A stretch of 64,000 nt of DNA from Ignavibacteriales bacterium (GTDB lineage Bacteria; Bacteroidota; Ignavibacteria; UBA10030; UBA6906). Below the pieces are notes generated by a model. The model worked only from the letters and a program-made list of their open reading frames with translations. It was not told where the DNA came from and searched no databases. A program made the position numbers and the translations under genes. How positions within the stretch are numbered: the first letter of the stretch is position 1; each line of letters opens with the position of its first letter. The stretch covers positions 1 to 64,000 of the forward strand of contig JBBIRR010000018.1 of assembly GCA_037441705.1 (NCBI GenBank), read 5' to 3'. This document shows positions 52,455-62,570 of this stretch, piece after piece.

Positions 52455-53600
52455 ATGAAACGCATCTTACGCCTCAGCTGTATTCTTCTGCTCTGCAGCT
52501 GGAACCTTCGTTCGCAGACAATTCTCGTTGAGGCTTCAAATCCGCTCCCTGTCGAAAGAAACAGTGAAACGCTCGTCATTCGCACAGCCGAGCTGGAACA
52601 ACTCCTCCCGAGCGCCTCGGCGGAGCGTCTTGTGGTGAGAGATGCCGCAACGCGAGAAGAACTCCTCTCACAGGTGATGGAGGGTGAGTTTCTCTTTCAA
52701 TCGCATTTCGGTCCGAACGAGAAGAAAGAGTTCCTCATTGCTGAAGCGCCCACCAGAACGAACCCTGCATTGCTTGTGGACGGACGGTTTGTACTCCCGC
52801 GAGAGGATTATGCGTGGGAAAACGATCGCATCGCGTTCCGCATGTACGGCCCTGCTCTCGCGGCGGAGGTCAATAACGGCATTGATGTGTGGACGAAACG
52901 AGTCAGATACCTGATTGTCGAGAAATGGTATGCATCGAGTAGAGAGAGCGGGAAGGATACCTATCACGAAGATCATGGAGAAGGAGCAGACTTCTTTACC
53001 GTGGGGCGGACATTAGGCGCCGGAGGTTCCGGAATCTGGTTCAACGGAAAACTCTACCAGTCGGGTGTGTTCTCATCGCAACGGACAATAGCCAGAGGCC
53101 CCGTGCGTGTCGTATTTGAATTGACCTACGATCGCTGGAATGTCGAGGGGAAGATGTTCAAGGAAGTGAAACGAATTTCGCTGGACGCGGGGCAGAATGT
53201 CAATAAAATTGACGTGACGTTCACAGGCCTTTCGCGTGCCGATACACTTACGGTTGCTTGCGGTCTTGCCAGGAGAAAGAACGCACTCTGCGAACGAAAC
53301 GAGAAAGCGTGCTGGATGAGTTTGTGGGGACAGACAAATGAAGATCCCGTCAACGGATATCTCGGAACGGGAGTTGTTCTTGGCGCACAGCAGTGTACAG
53401 GGTTTGCTGAAGATGCAGGCCAGTACATGATCCTCGGGAAGGCAATTGCGGGAGAGAAGTTTACTTACTACGCAGGCGCAGGATGGACGCGCAGCGGTGA
53501 TTTTACTTCAGCGGAGGATTGGAGGGGTTACCTCGATCAGGTTGCCGCTCGGCTGCAGCACCCCGTGGCCGTGGTTTTGAGAATCAAACAGGACAAATGA
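52455..53600 (+). CDS. DUF4861-family exported protein
   Basis: DYAWENDRIAFRMYGP, GIDVWTK, YHEDHGEGAD, YYAGAGW. Confidence 0.8.
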   Translation: MKRILRLSCILLLCSWNLRSQTILVEASNPLPVERNSETLVIRTAELEQLLPSASAERLVVRDAATREELLSQVMEGEFLFQSHFGPNEKKEFLIAEAPTRTNPALLVDGRFVLPREDYAWENDRIAFRMYGPALAAEVNNGIDVWTKRVRYLIVEKWYASSRESGKDTYHEDHGEGADFFTVGRTLGAGGSGIWFNGKLYQSGVFSSQRTIARGPVRVVFELTYDRWNVEGKMFKEVKRISLDAGQNVNKIDVTFTGLSRADTLTVACGLARRKNALCERNEKACWMSLWGQTNEDPVNGYLGTGVVLGAQQCTGFAEDAGQYMILGKAIAGEKFTYYAGAGWTRSGDFTSAEDWRGYLDQVAARLQHPVAVVLRIKQDK

Positions 53601-53633
53601 ATTTCGCTTTCTTACTTGAGTAAGGTGAAGAAG

Positions 53634-54467
53634 ATGGAAGTACGTTACGCACCCGACGCAAAAGCCATTCGCACAATGACGAACGAGGAGTTACGGAGGC
53701 ACTTCCTCATTGATACACTGTTTGTCGAAGATGCTGTTCCGATGGTCTATTCCGACATTGACCGATCGATAACGGGTTCAGCTGTTCCGGTTCATCAACG
53801 GCTGACGCTGGTTGGCAGCAAGAAAGAAATGGCGGCCGAATACTTCCTCGAACGTCGAGAGATAGGCATCATCAACATCGGCGGAGAGGGGACAATCACC
53901 GTTGATGGTGTTCCGTTCGAATTGAAGCACAAAGATGGTCTGTACATCGGGCGCGGAGCTCGAGACGTGGCATTCGCGAGCGCAGCGAGTACGAATCCTG
54001 CAAAATTCTACTTTGTCAGCCTTCCCGCGCACGCTGCGTATCCCACGACGCACGTGAAGTTCATCGAAGCTGAGCCGGTGCGCCTGGGCAGTGAGCCTGA
54101 AGCCAACAAGCGCACGATCTACAAGTACATTCACCCGCGGGGAGTAAGGAGCTGTCAGCTTGTTATGGGACTAACGGAATTAGACACAGGAAGTGTGTGG
54201 AATACGATGCCGGTCCACACTCATCAGCGCCGTTCAGAGACCTACATGTATTTCAATCTCAAGCAGGATGCAATTGTTGTCCACCTGATGGGCGAGCCGG
54301 GCGAGACGAAACACATCATCGTTCGCAATGGACAGGCGGTTCTTTCACCAAGTTGGTCCATTCATTCTGGTGCTGCTACTTCGAATTACTCCTTCATCTG
54401 GGCAATGGGGGGCGAGAATCAGGATTTCGACGACATGGATTGGGTCCCGATGAACATGCTGGCCTGA
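53634..54467 (+). CDS. kduI: 5-dehydro-4-deoxy-D-glucuronate isomerase
   Basis: YFLERREIG, SCQLVMGLT, WNTMPVHTH, SPSWSIHSG, WAMGGENQ. Confidence 0.95.
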   Translation: MEVRYAPDAKAIRTMTNEELRRHFLIDTLFVEDAVPMVYSDIDRSITGSAVPVHQRLTLVGSKKEMAAEYFLERREIGIINIGGEGTITVDGVPFELKHKDGLYIGRGARDVAFASAASTNPAKFYFVSLPAHAAYPTTHVKFIEAEPVRLGSEPEANKRTIYKYIHPRGVRSCQLVMGLTELDTGSVWNTMPVHTHQRRSETYMYFNLKQDAIVVHLMGEPGETKHIIVRNGQAVLSPSWSIHSGAATSNYSFIWAMGGENQDFDDMDWVPMNMLA

Positions 54468-54554
54468 CCTTCCGATACACCTCGCTTCCGCATCAGACAG
54501 ACTTCGCATAATTGTTGCTTGACCCCAGCCGGTGAATTTTTTTTGGCCGAGGTC

Positions 54555-54605
54555 TTGACAAGTGGCTTTTCATTTATTACATTTAATACCGATAAAGTCA
54601 TCGGT
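54555..54605 (+). promoter_or_regulatory. Sigma70 promoter with palindromic operator at the start site
   Basis: TTGACA-N17-TACATT; ACCGAT-N6-ATCGGT at 54588-54605. Confidence 0.7.
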
Positions 54606-54790
54606 TAAGTACTTACGGTCGCCCTTGCTGGCTACCAGCATCGCCGGGTGGAGTTACCTCTCTAAGACTCTGCGAACACGCTCCTGCCCGTAAAGGTCTT
54701 TCACAGTAGAATAGCTCTTCAGGCCCCTCGGCCAAACACGAAAGTCTCATCGCTCTGAGGGGACCAGCAACTTCCTTTCTTCGGAGAGGC

Positions 54791-57721
54791 ATGATGGTAT
54801 CTGCACGCAGAACAACATATCAGGTCGCACAAGCAACACACTCCCGTGCGCTTGTGTCGAGCGTGATTCTGGCAATCTCCTGCTTCACACTCGCATCCTT
54901 CATGCATGCCCAAACAGTCGGGAAGATTTCCGGAGTCGTGAAGGACACAGAAACCGGTGAGCCGCTCATCGGCTGCAACGTTGTGGTAATGGGGACGACT
55001 CTTGGGGCCTCGACGGACACCGAGGGCGCGTACTTCATTCTCAATATCCCACCGGGCAAATACGAGTTACAGGCTTCGATGGTTGGTTACAATCGGGTTC
55101 TGCAGCGTGATGTCATCGTGAATGCCGGGCGAACGACGATTGTCAACTTCGCGCTGACAGCAACGGCTGTTGCACAGGAAGTGATTGTGGTCGAAGCCAT
55201 ACGTCCCGACGTTGAAAAAGAGAAGACCTCAACGAGCGCCATCGTGCGGGCTGAAGAGGTGCAGACCATTGCCGGCATCCGCGACATCGGGGATGTTCTC
55301 ACGCTGGCGGCAGATGTAACCGACGGACACTTCCGCGGCGGTCGCATCGGCGAGGAGTACTACACGTTGCAGGGCATGGGTATTGTCAATCCCCTCGACA
55401 ATTCGAGCGCGTTTCTTCCCATCATGAGTGCGGTCGAGGAAGTGGAAGTGATCACGAGCGGTTTCGGTGCGCAGTACGGGAACGCGCAATCGGGCGTTGT
55501 GAATATTTCGATGAAGGAAGGCAAGCGCGACCGATGGCAATCGCGCATTGAAACGAGGATGCGCGCGCCACGCTTCAAGCACTTCGGGCCGAGCGTGTAC
55601 GACCCTTCCGCCAACCCCTATCTTGCCATGCTGCTGAACGCGGGCATCTGGCTGCGCGGCGACCCGAATGCTGAGAACCCTCAGCCGTATTACGGTTCCA
55701 TGGGTTCAGGACTTGTCAATCGCTATGCGCGAGATACGCTGGTGCAGCTTGCGGTTGCGCGTGCATTGTATATGCAGTCGCGTCGTGACATTAACCGTTC
55801 CTACGGCAATGATGTTGACTTCTCGGTAGAAGCCTCTGCCGGGGGGCCGATAGAAGAAGATGTGAGAATGTTCCTCGCTCTCCGGTCAAGCACGGAGTGG
55901 CCCGCCTTTCCCACTGTCCGCCCGGACCTCGAGCGGCAGCTCTTAGGAAATGTGGTGTTCGATCTCAGCGGCACTGCGTCGCTGCGGCTAAGCGGGGGAT
56001 TCACGCAAGAAGACAACAATGCGTTCCCCGGAACGAACAGCGTGTCGGGATTTCAGCGGTGGCTGTGGGATAGAGTGACGGGCATCCGCTATCAGAAGCG
56101 CACGAACACCCAGGTCGGGGCACGGCTGACGCACACACTCAGTCCCAGCACGTTCTATGAGATAAAGCTGAACGTGCTACTGACGCGCAATCGTATCGGT
56201 TCCACGCCCGTGCCGAGCGGCATTCCCGATTCCGTCGCGTACGGCGGAGATATTGCGTGGAGTTTCATTCTTCCGGTGACCAACAATAACTCGCCCGATG
56301 GGCTAAACTATCAAATAGGATATGATGAGTTCCGCGACGAGAAGACGCGCACCTTCACCATTGATGCTGCTCTCACCAGCCAGGTGACCAAGGCCCATCT
56401 GATCAACGCCGGCGTCCAATTCAATTTCTACTCTATTGATGTATCCAACATCTTGCAGCTCCGCAGTAATGATTTCATCGAACGCTACAAGGCTCGTCCT
56501 TTTGAAGCGGCGGTCTATGTTCAGGACAAGATGGAGTTCGAAGGACTGATTGCCAACGCAGGTGTGCGCCTCGATCTGTGGAGTTCGGGACGAGATTATT
56601 TCACAAACCACTTCACGCCGTTCCTTACGCCTGATACGCTTGGCATCTTCCATCCCGAGAATGCTCCCCAGGCGAAAGCTCCGGTTATTGGGCGATTGCA
56701 GCCGCGCGTAGGGGTGTCGTTCCCGGTCTCGCTGAACACCGTGTTCCATCTGAACTACGGTGCCTTCATGCAGCGGCCGCCGTTTCAATACGTCGTATCC
56801 ACGCGCGTTGCGCAGGGAACGAACCGCCCGGTTGTTATCGGCAACTCGCGCGTCGAACCCGAGGTGACCAATAGCTACGATATCGGCGTCACCCAGGGCC
56901 TGGGTGAGGGATTCACGCTGGACGTCAGCGGGTATTACAAAGACGTGAAAAACCTGATCGAGCAGGCGAACTTCGTTGATCAGCGAACAGGCCAACAGGT
57001 CAGCTCGTACTTCAACCGGGACTACGCCGACATACGCGGCTTCCGCGTTGCACTCTCGAAGCGGCGCGGTAAGCTCACCGGCTCCATCAATTATCAGTTT
57101 GGCGTTGCCACGGGGAAAAGCGCAAACGTCACCAGCGCAACGCCGCTGTTTACGCAGGATACTGCGGGAGCGGTGATGACGGATCTCTCGAACGTACCGA
57201 TTCGTGACATTACGCTCGACTTCGATCGGACGCATAACATCATCGTCAATGCGGGCTATACCACAGACCCGGAGTGGGGACCCACCATCTTCGGCAACAG
57301 CGTGTTTGGCGACATAACGCTCTCGGTTCATTCCTTCTTCCGCAGCGGCCGGCCGTACACATCACCATCCAACGTCAAACTCATCAATGCAAAGCGGACG
57401 CCGTGGGAATACAACACCAACGTTCGGCTCACGAAACGGGTCCGCAACTTCTTCGGCGCGACGATGGTGTTGTACATGGAGGTATTCAACCTCTTCGAGA
57501 ACAGGATCCTGAATTACGACTATCTGTTCGCCCGACCGACGGCGACAAACCCGAATCTGCCGCTGCAGTACTATGAGGCGTATCCCATTGACGATCCGAA
57601 CAACGGCGTGCGCTACTGGTATAACAAAGGCACGCAGGGGCCGTTCGCCATCGATCAGTCGTTCCTCATTTACGACAATCAGCCGAGGTCGTTCACGGTC
57701 GGTCTTACGCTGGAGTTTTGA
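54791..57721 (+). CDS. TonB-dependent receptor
   Basis: GKISGVVKD.ETGEPLIG, plug HFRGGR..SGFGAQYGNAQSGVVN, LQPRVG, C-terminal LEF; start may be 54794. Confidence 0.92.
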   Translation: MMVSARRTTYQVAQATHSRALVSSVILAISCFTLASFMHAQTVGKISGVVKDTETGEPLIGCNVVVMGTTLGASTDTEGAYFILNIPPGKYELQASMVGYNRVLQRDVIVNAGRTTIVNFALTATAVAQEVIVVEAIRPDVEKEKTSTSAIVRAEEVQTIAGIRDIGDVLTLAADVTDGHFRGGRIGEEYYTLQGMGIVNPLDNSSAFLPIMSAVEEVEVITSGFGAQYGNAQSGVVNISMKEGKRDRWQSRIETRMRAPRFKHFGPSVYDPSANPYLAMLLNAGIWLRGDPNAENPQPYYGSMGSGLVNRYARDTLVQLAVARALYMQSRRDINRSYGNDVDFSVEASAGGPIEEDVRMFLALRSSTEWPAFPTVRPDLERQLLGNVVFDLSGTASLRLSGGFTQEDNNAFPGTNSVSGFQRWLWDRVTGIRYQKRTNTQVGARLTHTLSPSTFYEIKLNVLLTRNRIGSTPVPSGIPDSVAYGGDIAWSFILPVTNNNSPDGLNYQIGYDEFRDEKTRTFTIDAALTSQVTKAHLINAGVQFNFYSIDVSNILQLRSNDFIERYKARPFEAAVYVQDKMEFEGLIANAGVRLDLWSSGRDYFTNHFTPFLTPDTLGIFHPENAPQAKAPVIGRLQPRVGVSFPVSLNTVFHLNYGAFMQRPPFQYVVSTRVAQGTNRPVVIGNSRVEPEVTNSYDIGVTQGLGEGFTLDVSGYYKDVKNLIEQANFVDQRTGQQVSSYFNRDYADIRGFRVALSKRRGKLTGSINYQFGVATGKSANVTSATPLFTQDTAGAVMTDLSNVPIRDITLDFDRTHNIIVNAGYTTDPEWGPTIFGNSVFGDITLSVHSFFRSGRPYTSPSNVKLINAKRTPWEYNTNVRLTKRVRNFFGATMVLYMEVFNLFENRILNYDYLFARPTATNPNLPLQYYEAYPIDDPNNGVRYWYNKGTQGPFAIDQSFLIYDNQPRSFTVGLTLEF

Positions 57722-57741
57722 CTCAACGACGAGAGACACAC

Positions 57742-59976
57742 ATGAAACGCGCTGGCCTTTTTTTTCTCCTTTGCATGCTGCCGCTTCTTGCAACCTATGC
57801 GCAGCGGGATTGGCGTGTCCACTCCCGCGGCCTGCTGCATCAGACGGTGTACAATACAGGAGAGATTGGACGGACCTACAACCCCGGCGGAACGGTTGAC
57901 GAGGGCACGCCATCCATGGAATGGCCGCCGCGCTCGCGCATGATTATTGATCGCACCGTCTATCCGGGGCAGCATAACTCCTTCGGCAGCGGGATCTGGA
58001 TTGCCGGCACCAGGCAGCAGCTCAACGGCACGCGGCAGTACATGTTCTGCGGCGCGGTTTCGGACGCGAGCGGCAATCCTGTCACCGTTACGGGCCTGTA
58101 CAGCAATCCGATCTCGATCGAGCGTGTCGAGAATTTCCCGGTGCTTGCCAACGGCAATCTCAATCCCGCATACAATCCGGATGAAGCAGAGGAGATCATC
58201 ACGGCGCGCTGGCGGACTCCGCTGGGCATTACCGTCACGCGCACGAGTCGCGCGTGGAGTTTTCCGGGGTACGACAGCTTTATCATCTATGAGTATGAAT
58301 TGCTGAACACGACGCCCGATACGCTCTTCGACGTTCACGTCGCGTTTGCCAATTCCTTTGCGCCTTCGATGTTCGGCTATCAGCGCAATCACGGAAACTG
58401 GACGGAAGCGCAGTTTCGCGGCCAGCCGCCGAATGGATTGGGTGATCACTTCGCCCGGTTCGATCTGCGGCGCTACTTGACGTACAATCATGATCGCGAG
58501 GGCGCGCCTGATACGGTGTACTTCGATCTGTGGTCGCAGCCGGGAGACCGGGGCGGCCTGAACTCTCCGCAGGCGGCGGGCATGATGGTGCTGCATTACG
58601 ATTACAATCATCTGAGTCCCAGAAACAGAACCCGCCAGGTCTGGATTGCCCCATCGGACAGCGCGGGCATGTGGGATGAGAACGGAAAAGCCAAGCAGCC
58701 CTTCTTGCTGCGCTACGAGAACGGCAACCTTCCGCCGGAAGCAAAAACGATCTCGTGGCTCGATCCCGCGTTGCAGCGCAAGACGGGAATCTTTCAGGGC
58801 ACGCAGGACTCGCTTCGCATCATCCAGCAGTTCTCCAGCGATGTTCGCGATTGGTATTATTGGAAAGGACGAACGAAGGGCTCCGTCAATCTCTCGTGGT
58901 GGCAGCCCGTGAACCGTGCGTTAGGGTTCTATCCCTACATCCTGCCGCCCAATGAAGCTCTGCGCTTCTCTGTTGCCGAAGTGGTCGGCTATGGGCCCGG
59001 CGTGTTGAGCGACCGCGTGTACAGAGATCTTGGGGGAACGGTCCGCACGGCGGTGGATCAGGGTCTCTACTTCTCTCCGATTCCGAGTTGGTACGATACG
59101 CTGCAGTATCCCGGTGTCGGTACTGCATCCACCAAGCAGTACATCGGCAGCCGGTACCTGCAGACGCATCCTCTGCCGTGGTACGTCACGCCGGGCGTCG
59201 TCTCGATTCGTGACGTCGCCGATCGGGCAATTCAGACGTACACGGGGCGTCCGTTGGTGAAGTACGATTCCGTTCAATACGAACCGAAGGACGCGCCGCC
59301 GACCGGCAGATACAACACGATTCCGATCCCGTATCCCGCGCCTGTCATTACGGTGGAAAACACGCGTGCCGCCGTCAACAAAATCACGTGGGGTCCACAG
59401 GTCGAAGCGTTCTCATCGCCGCGTTTGCAGGCGCCCTTCAAGCACTATGAAGTGCTGCGTGCGCCACACCCGCTCGGCCCGTGGTCGCTTATCGACAGCG
59501 TCAGCGTGCGCGATCCGCGCTATTTCCAGGATTCGGTGTATGTCGTGTACGATCGGGAAAGCAACATCGGCGAGTTTGCGTACTACGCAGTGCGCTCGGT
59601 GGACTCGCTCGGCGGCAAGAGCGGCTGGACGAACGTGACGCGGCATGAAACGCAAGCGCCCGCTTCGGAAACACTCGGCAAGGTGTACGTCATTCCCAAT
59701 CCGCTGGTGGTCACCAACGGCCTGCGCGGCTCCGATCCGGGCGGCGAAGTAACAGACCGCCTGCAGTTTGTGGGACTCACGAAGCGATGTACGATCAGAA
59801 TCTTTTCCTACAGCGGTCAGCTGATCAACACCATCGAACATCATCGCGACACCTACGGTCATCCGTGGTATCAGATTTCACGAAACAACCAGTTGCTTGC
59901 CTCCGGCGTGTATTATTTTGTGGTGGAAGATGAAAGCGGAGCGCGGGCAACCGGCAAGTTCGTCATCATTCATTGA
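57742..59976 (+). CDS. Large exported protein with atypical T9SS-like Ig CTD
   Basis: Signal peptide (TYA|QRD); FN3-like segment; C-terminal VIPNP...IRIFSYSGQLI...ASGVYYFVV...GKFVIIH. Confidence 0.8.
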   Translation: MKRAGLFFLLCMLPLLATYAQRDWRVHSRGLLHQTVYNTGEIGRTYNPGGTVDEGTPSMEWPPRSRMIIDRTVYPGQHNSFGSGIWIAGTRQQLNGTRQYMFCGAVSDASGNPVTVTGLYSNPISIERVENFPVLANGNLNPAYNPDEAEEIITARWRTPLGITVTRTSRAWSFPGYDSFIIYEYELLNTTPDTLFDVHVAFANSFAPSMFGYQRNHGNWTEAQFRGQPPNGLGDHFARFDLRRYLTYNHDREGAPDTVYFDLWSQPGDRGGLNSPQAAGMMVLHYDYNHLSPRNRTRQVWIAPSDSAGMWDENGKAKQPFLLRYENGNLPPEAKTISWLDPALQRKTGIFQGTQDSLRIIQQFSSDVRDWYYWKGRTKGSVNLSWWQPVNRALGFYPYILPPNEALRFSVAEVVGYGPGVLSDRVYRDLGGTVRTAVDQGLYFSPIPSWYDTLQYPGVGTASTKQYIGSRYLQTHPLPWYVTPGVVSIRDVADRAIQTYTGRPLVKYDSVQYEPKDAPPTGRYNTIPIPYPAPVITVENTRAAVNKITWGPQVEAFSSPRLQAPFKHYEVLRAPHPLGPWSLIDSVSVRDPRYFQDSVYVVYDRESNIGEFAYYAVRSVDSLGGKSGWTNVTRHETQAPASETLGKVYVIPNPLVVTNGLRGSDPGGEVTDRLQFVGLTKRCTIRIFSYSGQLINTIEHHRDTYGHPWYQISRNNQLLASGVYYFVVEDESGARATGKFVIIH

Positions 59977-59989
59977 ATCGGGAGAGTGT

Positions 59990-61021
59990 ATGATGAAGAC
60001 GTTGTGCAGAGTTTGGGGAGTGCTGGTGCTGCTGGCATTGCTGCCGCTCTCGCTTTCTGTTGCACAAAAGGTCGGAAGCACCTCGATGCAATTTCTGCAC
60101 GTGATGCCGGGCGCGCGAGCTACGGCGATGGGTGATGCCTACAGCGTGCTTGCCTCGGGGGCCGATGCCGTGTTCTGGAATCCGAGCGGCGTCGCGCTGG
60201 TCACCGGCCATCAATTTTCTTCTACCTACATCAATTGGATTTTCGATGCACAGCAGGGCGCGCTCTCGTATGCCACATCCTTGGACGGCTTCGGCGCGAT
60301 AGGAGTACAAATCCAGTATGTGGACTTTGGCGTGTTCGAGGAAACGACGAACAGCACGCCGTACATCAAAGACCCCAATGCCCCCGGCATTACGGGCAGA
60401 ACGTTCCGTCCGTTCAGCTACCTCGTCGGTCTTACGTACGCAAGAAGTCTGACGGAACGTTTCTCAACCGGCATCAGCATCAAGTACGCGCGCGAGTCGC
60501 TCTTCAACGGAGAGATCGTCCGGGCGCAGGTCAGTCAAGGAGTGTTTGAGGATGTCAGGACCTGGGGGGAAGGCGTGTTGTTCGATTTCGGGATTCGCTA
60601 CAACACCGGCTTTCGTTCGGTGGAGATCGCTGCCTCGGTGCAGAACTTCGGCGCCGATATCAAGTATGCAAAAGAAGCCAGTGCCGCGCCGCTGTTGTTC
60701 CGGTTCGGTATCGCGGGGAACCTCGTAGGCCCGCAGGCTCTGCTGTTCGAGCAGGACGACAACCGTGTCACGGTCGCTTTCGATCTCTTCCAACCGAATG
60801 ATTACACACAGCAAGCACACGCAGGCATCGAATATGAGTTCGCGAACACCTTCGCGCTGCGCGGCGGATACAAGTTCAATTACGATTCGGAAGGGCTCAC
60901 GCTCGGTGTCGGCTTCAAACACACGATCGGGCCGGTGGCGCTCTCGCTCGATTACAGTTACGGTTCCATCGGAACCTACCTTGGGAATGCGCAACGGATA
61001 AGTTTGGGAGCCGAGCTATGA
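59990..61021 (+). CDS. PorV/PorQ (UPF0164) family outer-membrane beta-barrel
   Basis: QFLHVMPGARATAMGDAY...FWNPSG N-terminal motif, alternating beta strands. Confidence 0.85.
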   Translation: MMKTLCRVWGVLVLLALLPLSLSVAQKVGSTSMQFLHVMPGARATAMGDAYSVLASGADAVFWNPSGVALVTGHQFSSTYINWIFDAQQGALSYATSLDGFGAIGVQIQYVDFGVFEETTNSTPYIKDPNAPGITGRTFRPFSYLVGLTYARSLTERFSTGISIKYARESLFNGEIVRAQVSQGVFEDVRTWGEGVLFDFGIRYNTGFRSVEIAASVQNFGADIKYAKEASAAPLLFRFGIAGNLVGPQALLFEQDDNRVTVAFDLFQPNDYTQQAHAGIEYEFANTFALRGGYKFNYDSEGLTLGVGFKHTIGPVALSLDYSYGSIGTYLGNAQRISLGAEL

Positions 61022-62535
61022 AGATTCTCTTTTCCCGGCCTCAATCGTGGGGCGACGCCCCGCTCCGAAATCTCGCCGGTGTGCTTGTGGTTCTTCTCGC
61101 AATCAGTGTGCAGGTGCAGCACGCGTTGGCGCAGGGCTACGGCGCACCACTGACGGTTCAGGGGCTGGACAAGACGGTTACGCACTCCGCAGCGTCGAGG
61201 GCGTTGGGGGGCACAATTTTCGGTGTGTCGGCGGATGCAGGAATGATGTTCACGAACCCGGCATCGCTACACAGGCTGCGGGCGATTCAGATTTCTCTTG
61301 GTGGCGCGATGTACTCCTCGCGCGCCGAGCAGACGCAGCATTATGCACCGTTGAAATACTACTCCAATTTCAGTCTGCTCATGGAAGGATTGACGGCGTA
61401 CATCCCCGATCCCGATACGTCGCTGCCGGGAGTGAATGCCGGCGACACGGTTCAGCGGCCGTACGATACGATCGGGCCGAACTGGTCACGTTCGAAGAAC
61501 CGTACGTTGCCTGTCCATGCTCTGCTTGCCGTTCCGTTCACGGCGGGCGAGACAGAATTTGCCGCGGGTCTGGGAGTCGTCGAGTACGCCGATCTCAACT
61601 ATTACTATCAGAACAACAACGTGCTCGATCCTTCGATCCTTTCGAACCGCCCCCTGCCGACGCCGCGACCGCCCAACGATTCCATCCCCACTCTCGTACG
61701 CTGGTGGCAGAACATGCACACGCGCGAAGGCTCGCTGCGCGGGTATGGTGCTGCGTTCTCCGTTTCCCTCTTCGATCGTCTCTCACTCGGTTTCAGCGGC
61801 ATGATCATCAAGGGGCAAACGGATGACTTCGAACAGCAGGTCTCCCGGGGAAGGATGACATTCTACACGAATTTCTTCCGTCTTGATTCGCTGTACGGGC
61901 GTATGACACGCACAGGCACGTCGGAGTTCAGCGGGACGGAGTTCACCATCAGCGGCATGTACCGGACACCGAATGTCACGTTCGGTTTCAGCGTCAGGCC
62001 GCCGACGACCATCAGCCGCGAATACACGACGCGCCGGCTGGTTGATACCACAGGGACGACGCTCGGGCAGACGATTTCGGGCGAAGATAAGATGCGCTTA
62101 CCGTGGCGCGGAACGCTCGGGATCGCCATCATGCCGAGCACGAGTCTGCTGCTGGGACTTGAATACGAGTTCCGCTCCTTCGCCTCGGCGGTGTACACGC
62201 AGGGGAATTTCGAATCGCATCCCTGGCGTTCGGCATCGGTGTTTCACGTCGGTGTGCAGTACACATTGGCAGAGTGGTTGATGCTGCGCGCCGGCTTGCG
62301 TGAACAGGCAGAAGTTTTTGAATCGGAAGGCAATCCGCTCGTGGGCGAGCCGGTGCGTTCCTCCGTGTACACGGGTGGCCTTGGCGTGAACATCGGCGGA
62401 GTTCGTTTGAACGTCACGTATGAGTATCACCAGCTGAAGTACCAAGATGTGTGGGGCAGCGCCGTCAGCTTCAACAGCGACGCGCGCCACTTGCTGAGCG
62501 CGGATATTTCGTACGAGATTCCGTCGCTATGGTAG
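61018..62535 (+). CDS. FadL/PorV-superfamily outer-membrane beta-barrel
   Basis: AASRALGG...FTNPASL motif, amphipathic strands. Confidence 0.7.
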   Translation: MKILFSRPQSWGDAPLRNLAGVLVVLLAISVQVQHALAQGYGAPLTVQGLDKTVTHSAASRALGGTIFGVSADAGMMFTNPASLHRLRAIQISLGGAMYSSRAEQTQHYAPLKYYSNFSLLMEGLTAYIPDPDTSLPGVNAGDTVQRPYDTIGPNWSRSKNRTLPVHALLAVPFTAGETEFAAGLGVVEYADLNYYYQNNNVLDPSILSNRPLPTPRPPNDSIPTLVRWWQNMHTREGSLRGYGAAFSVSLFDRLSLGFSGMIIKGQTDDFEQQVSRGRMTFYTNFFRLDSLYGRMTRTGTSEFSGTEFTISGMYRTPNVTFGFSVRPPTTISREYTTRRLVDTTGTTLGQTISGEDKMRLPWRGTLGIAIMPSTSLLLGLEYEFRSFASAVYTQGNFESHPWRSASVFHVGVQYTLAEWLMLRAGLREQAEVFESEGNPLVGEPVRSSVYTGGLGVNIGGVRLNVTYEYHQLKYQDVWGSAVSFNSDARHLLSADISYEIPSLW

Positions 62536-62570
62536 TGCATCAATCGTACCATCAATAAGGGAGGTAGATC

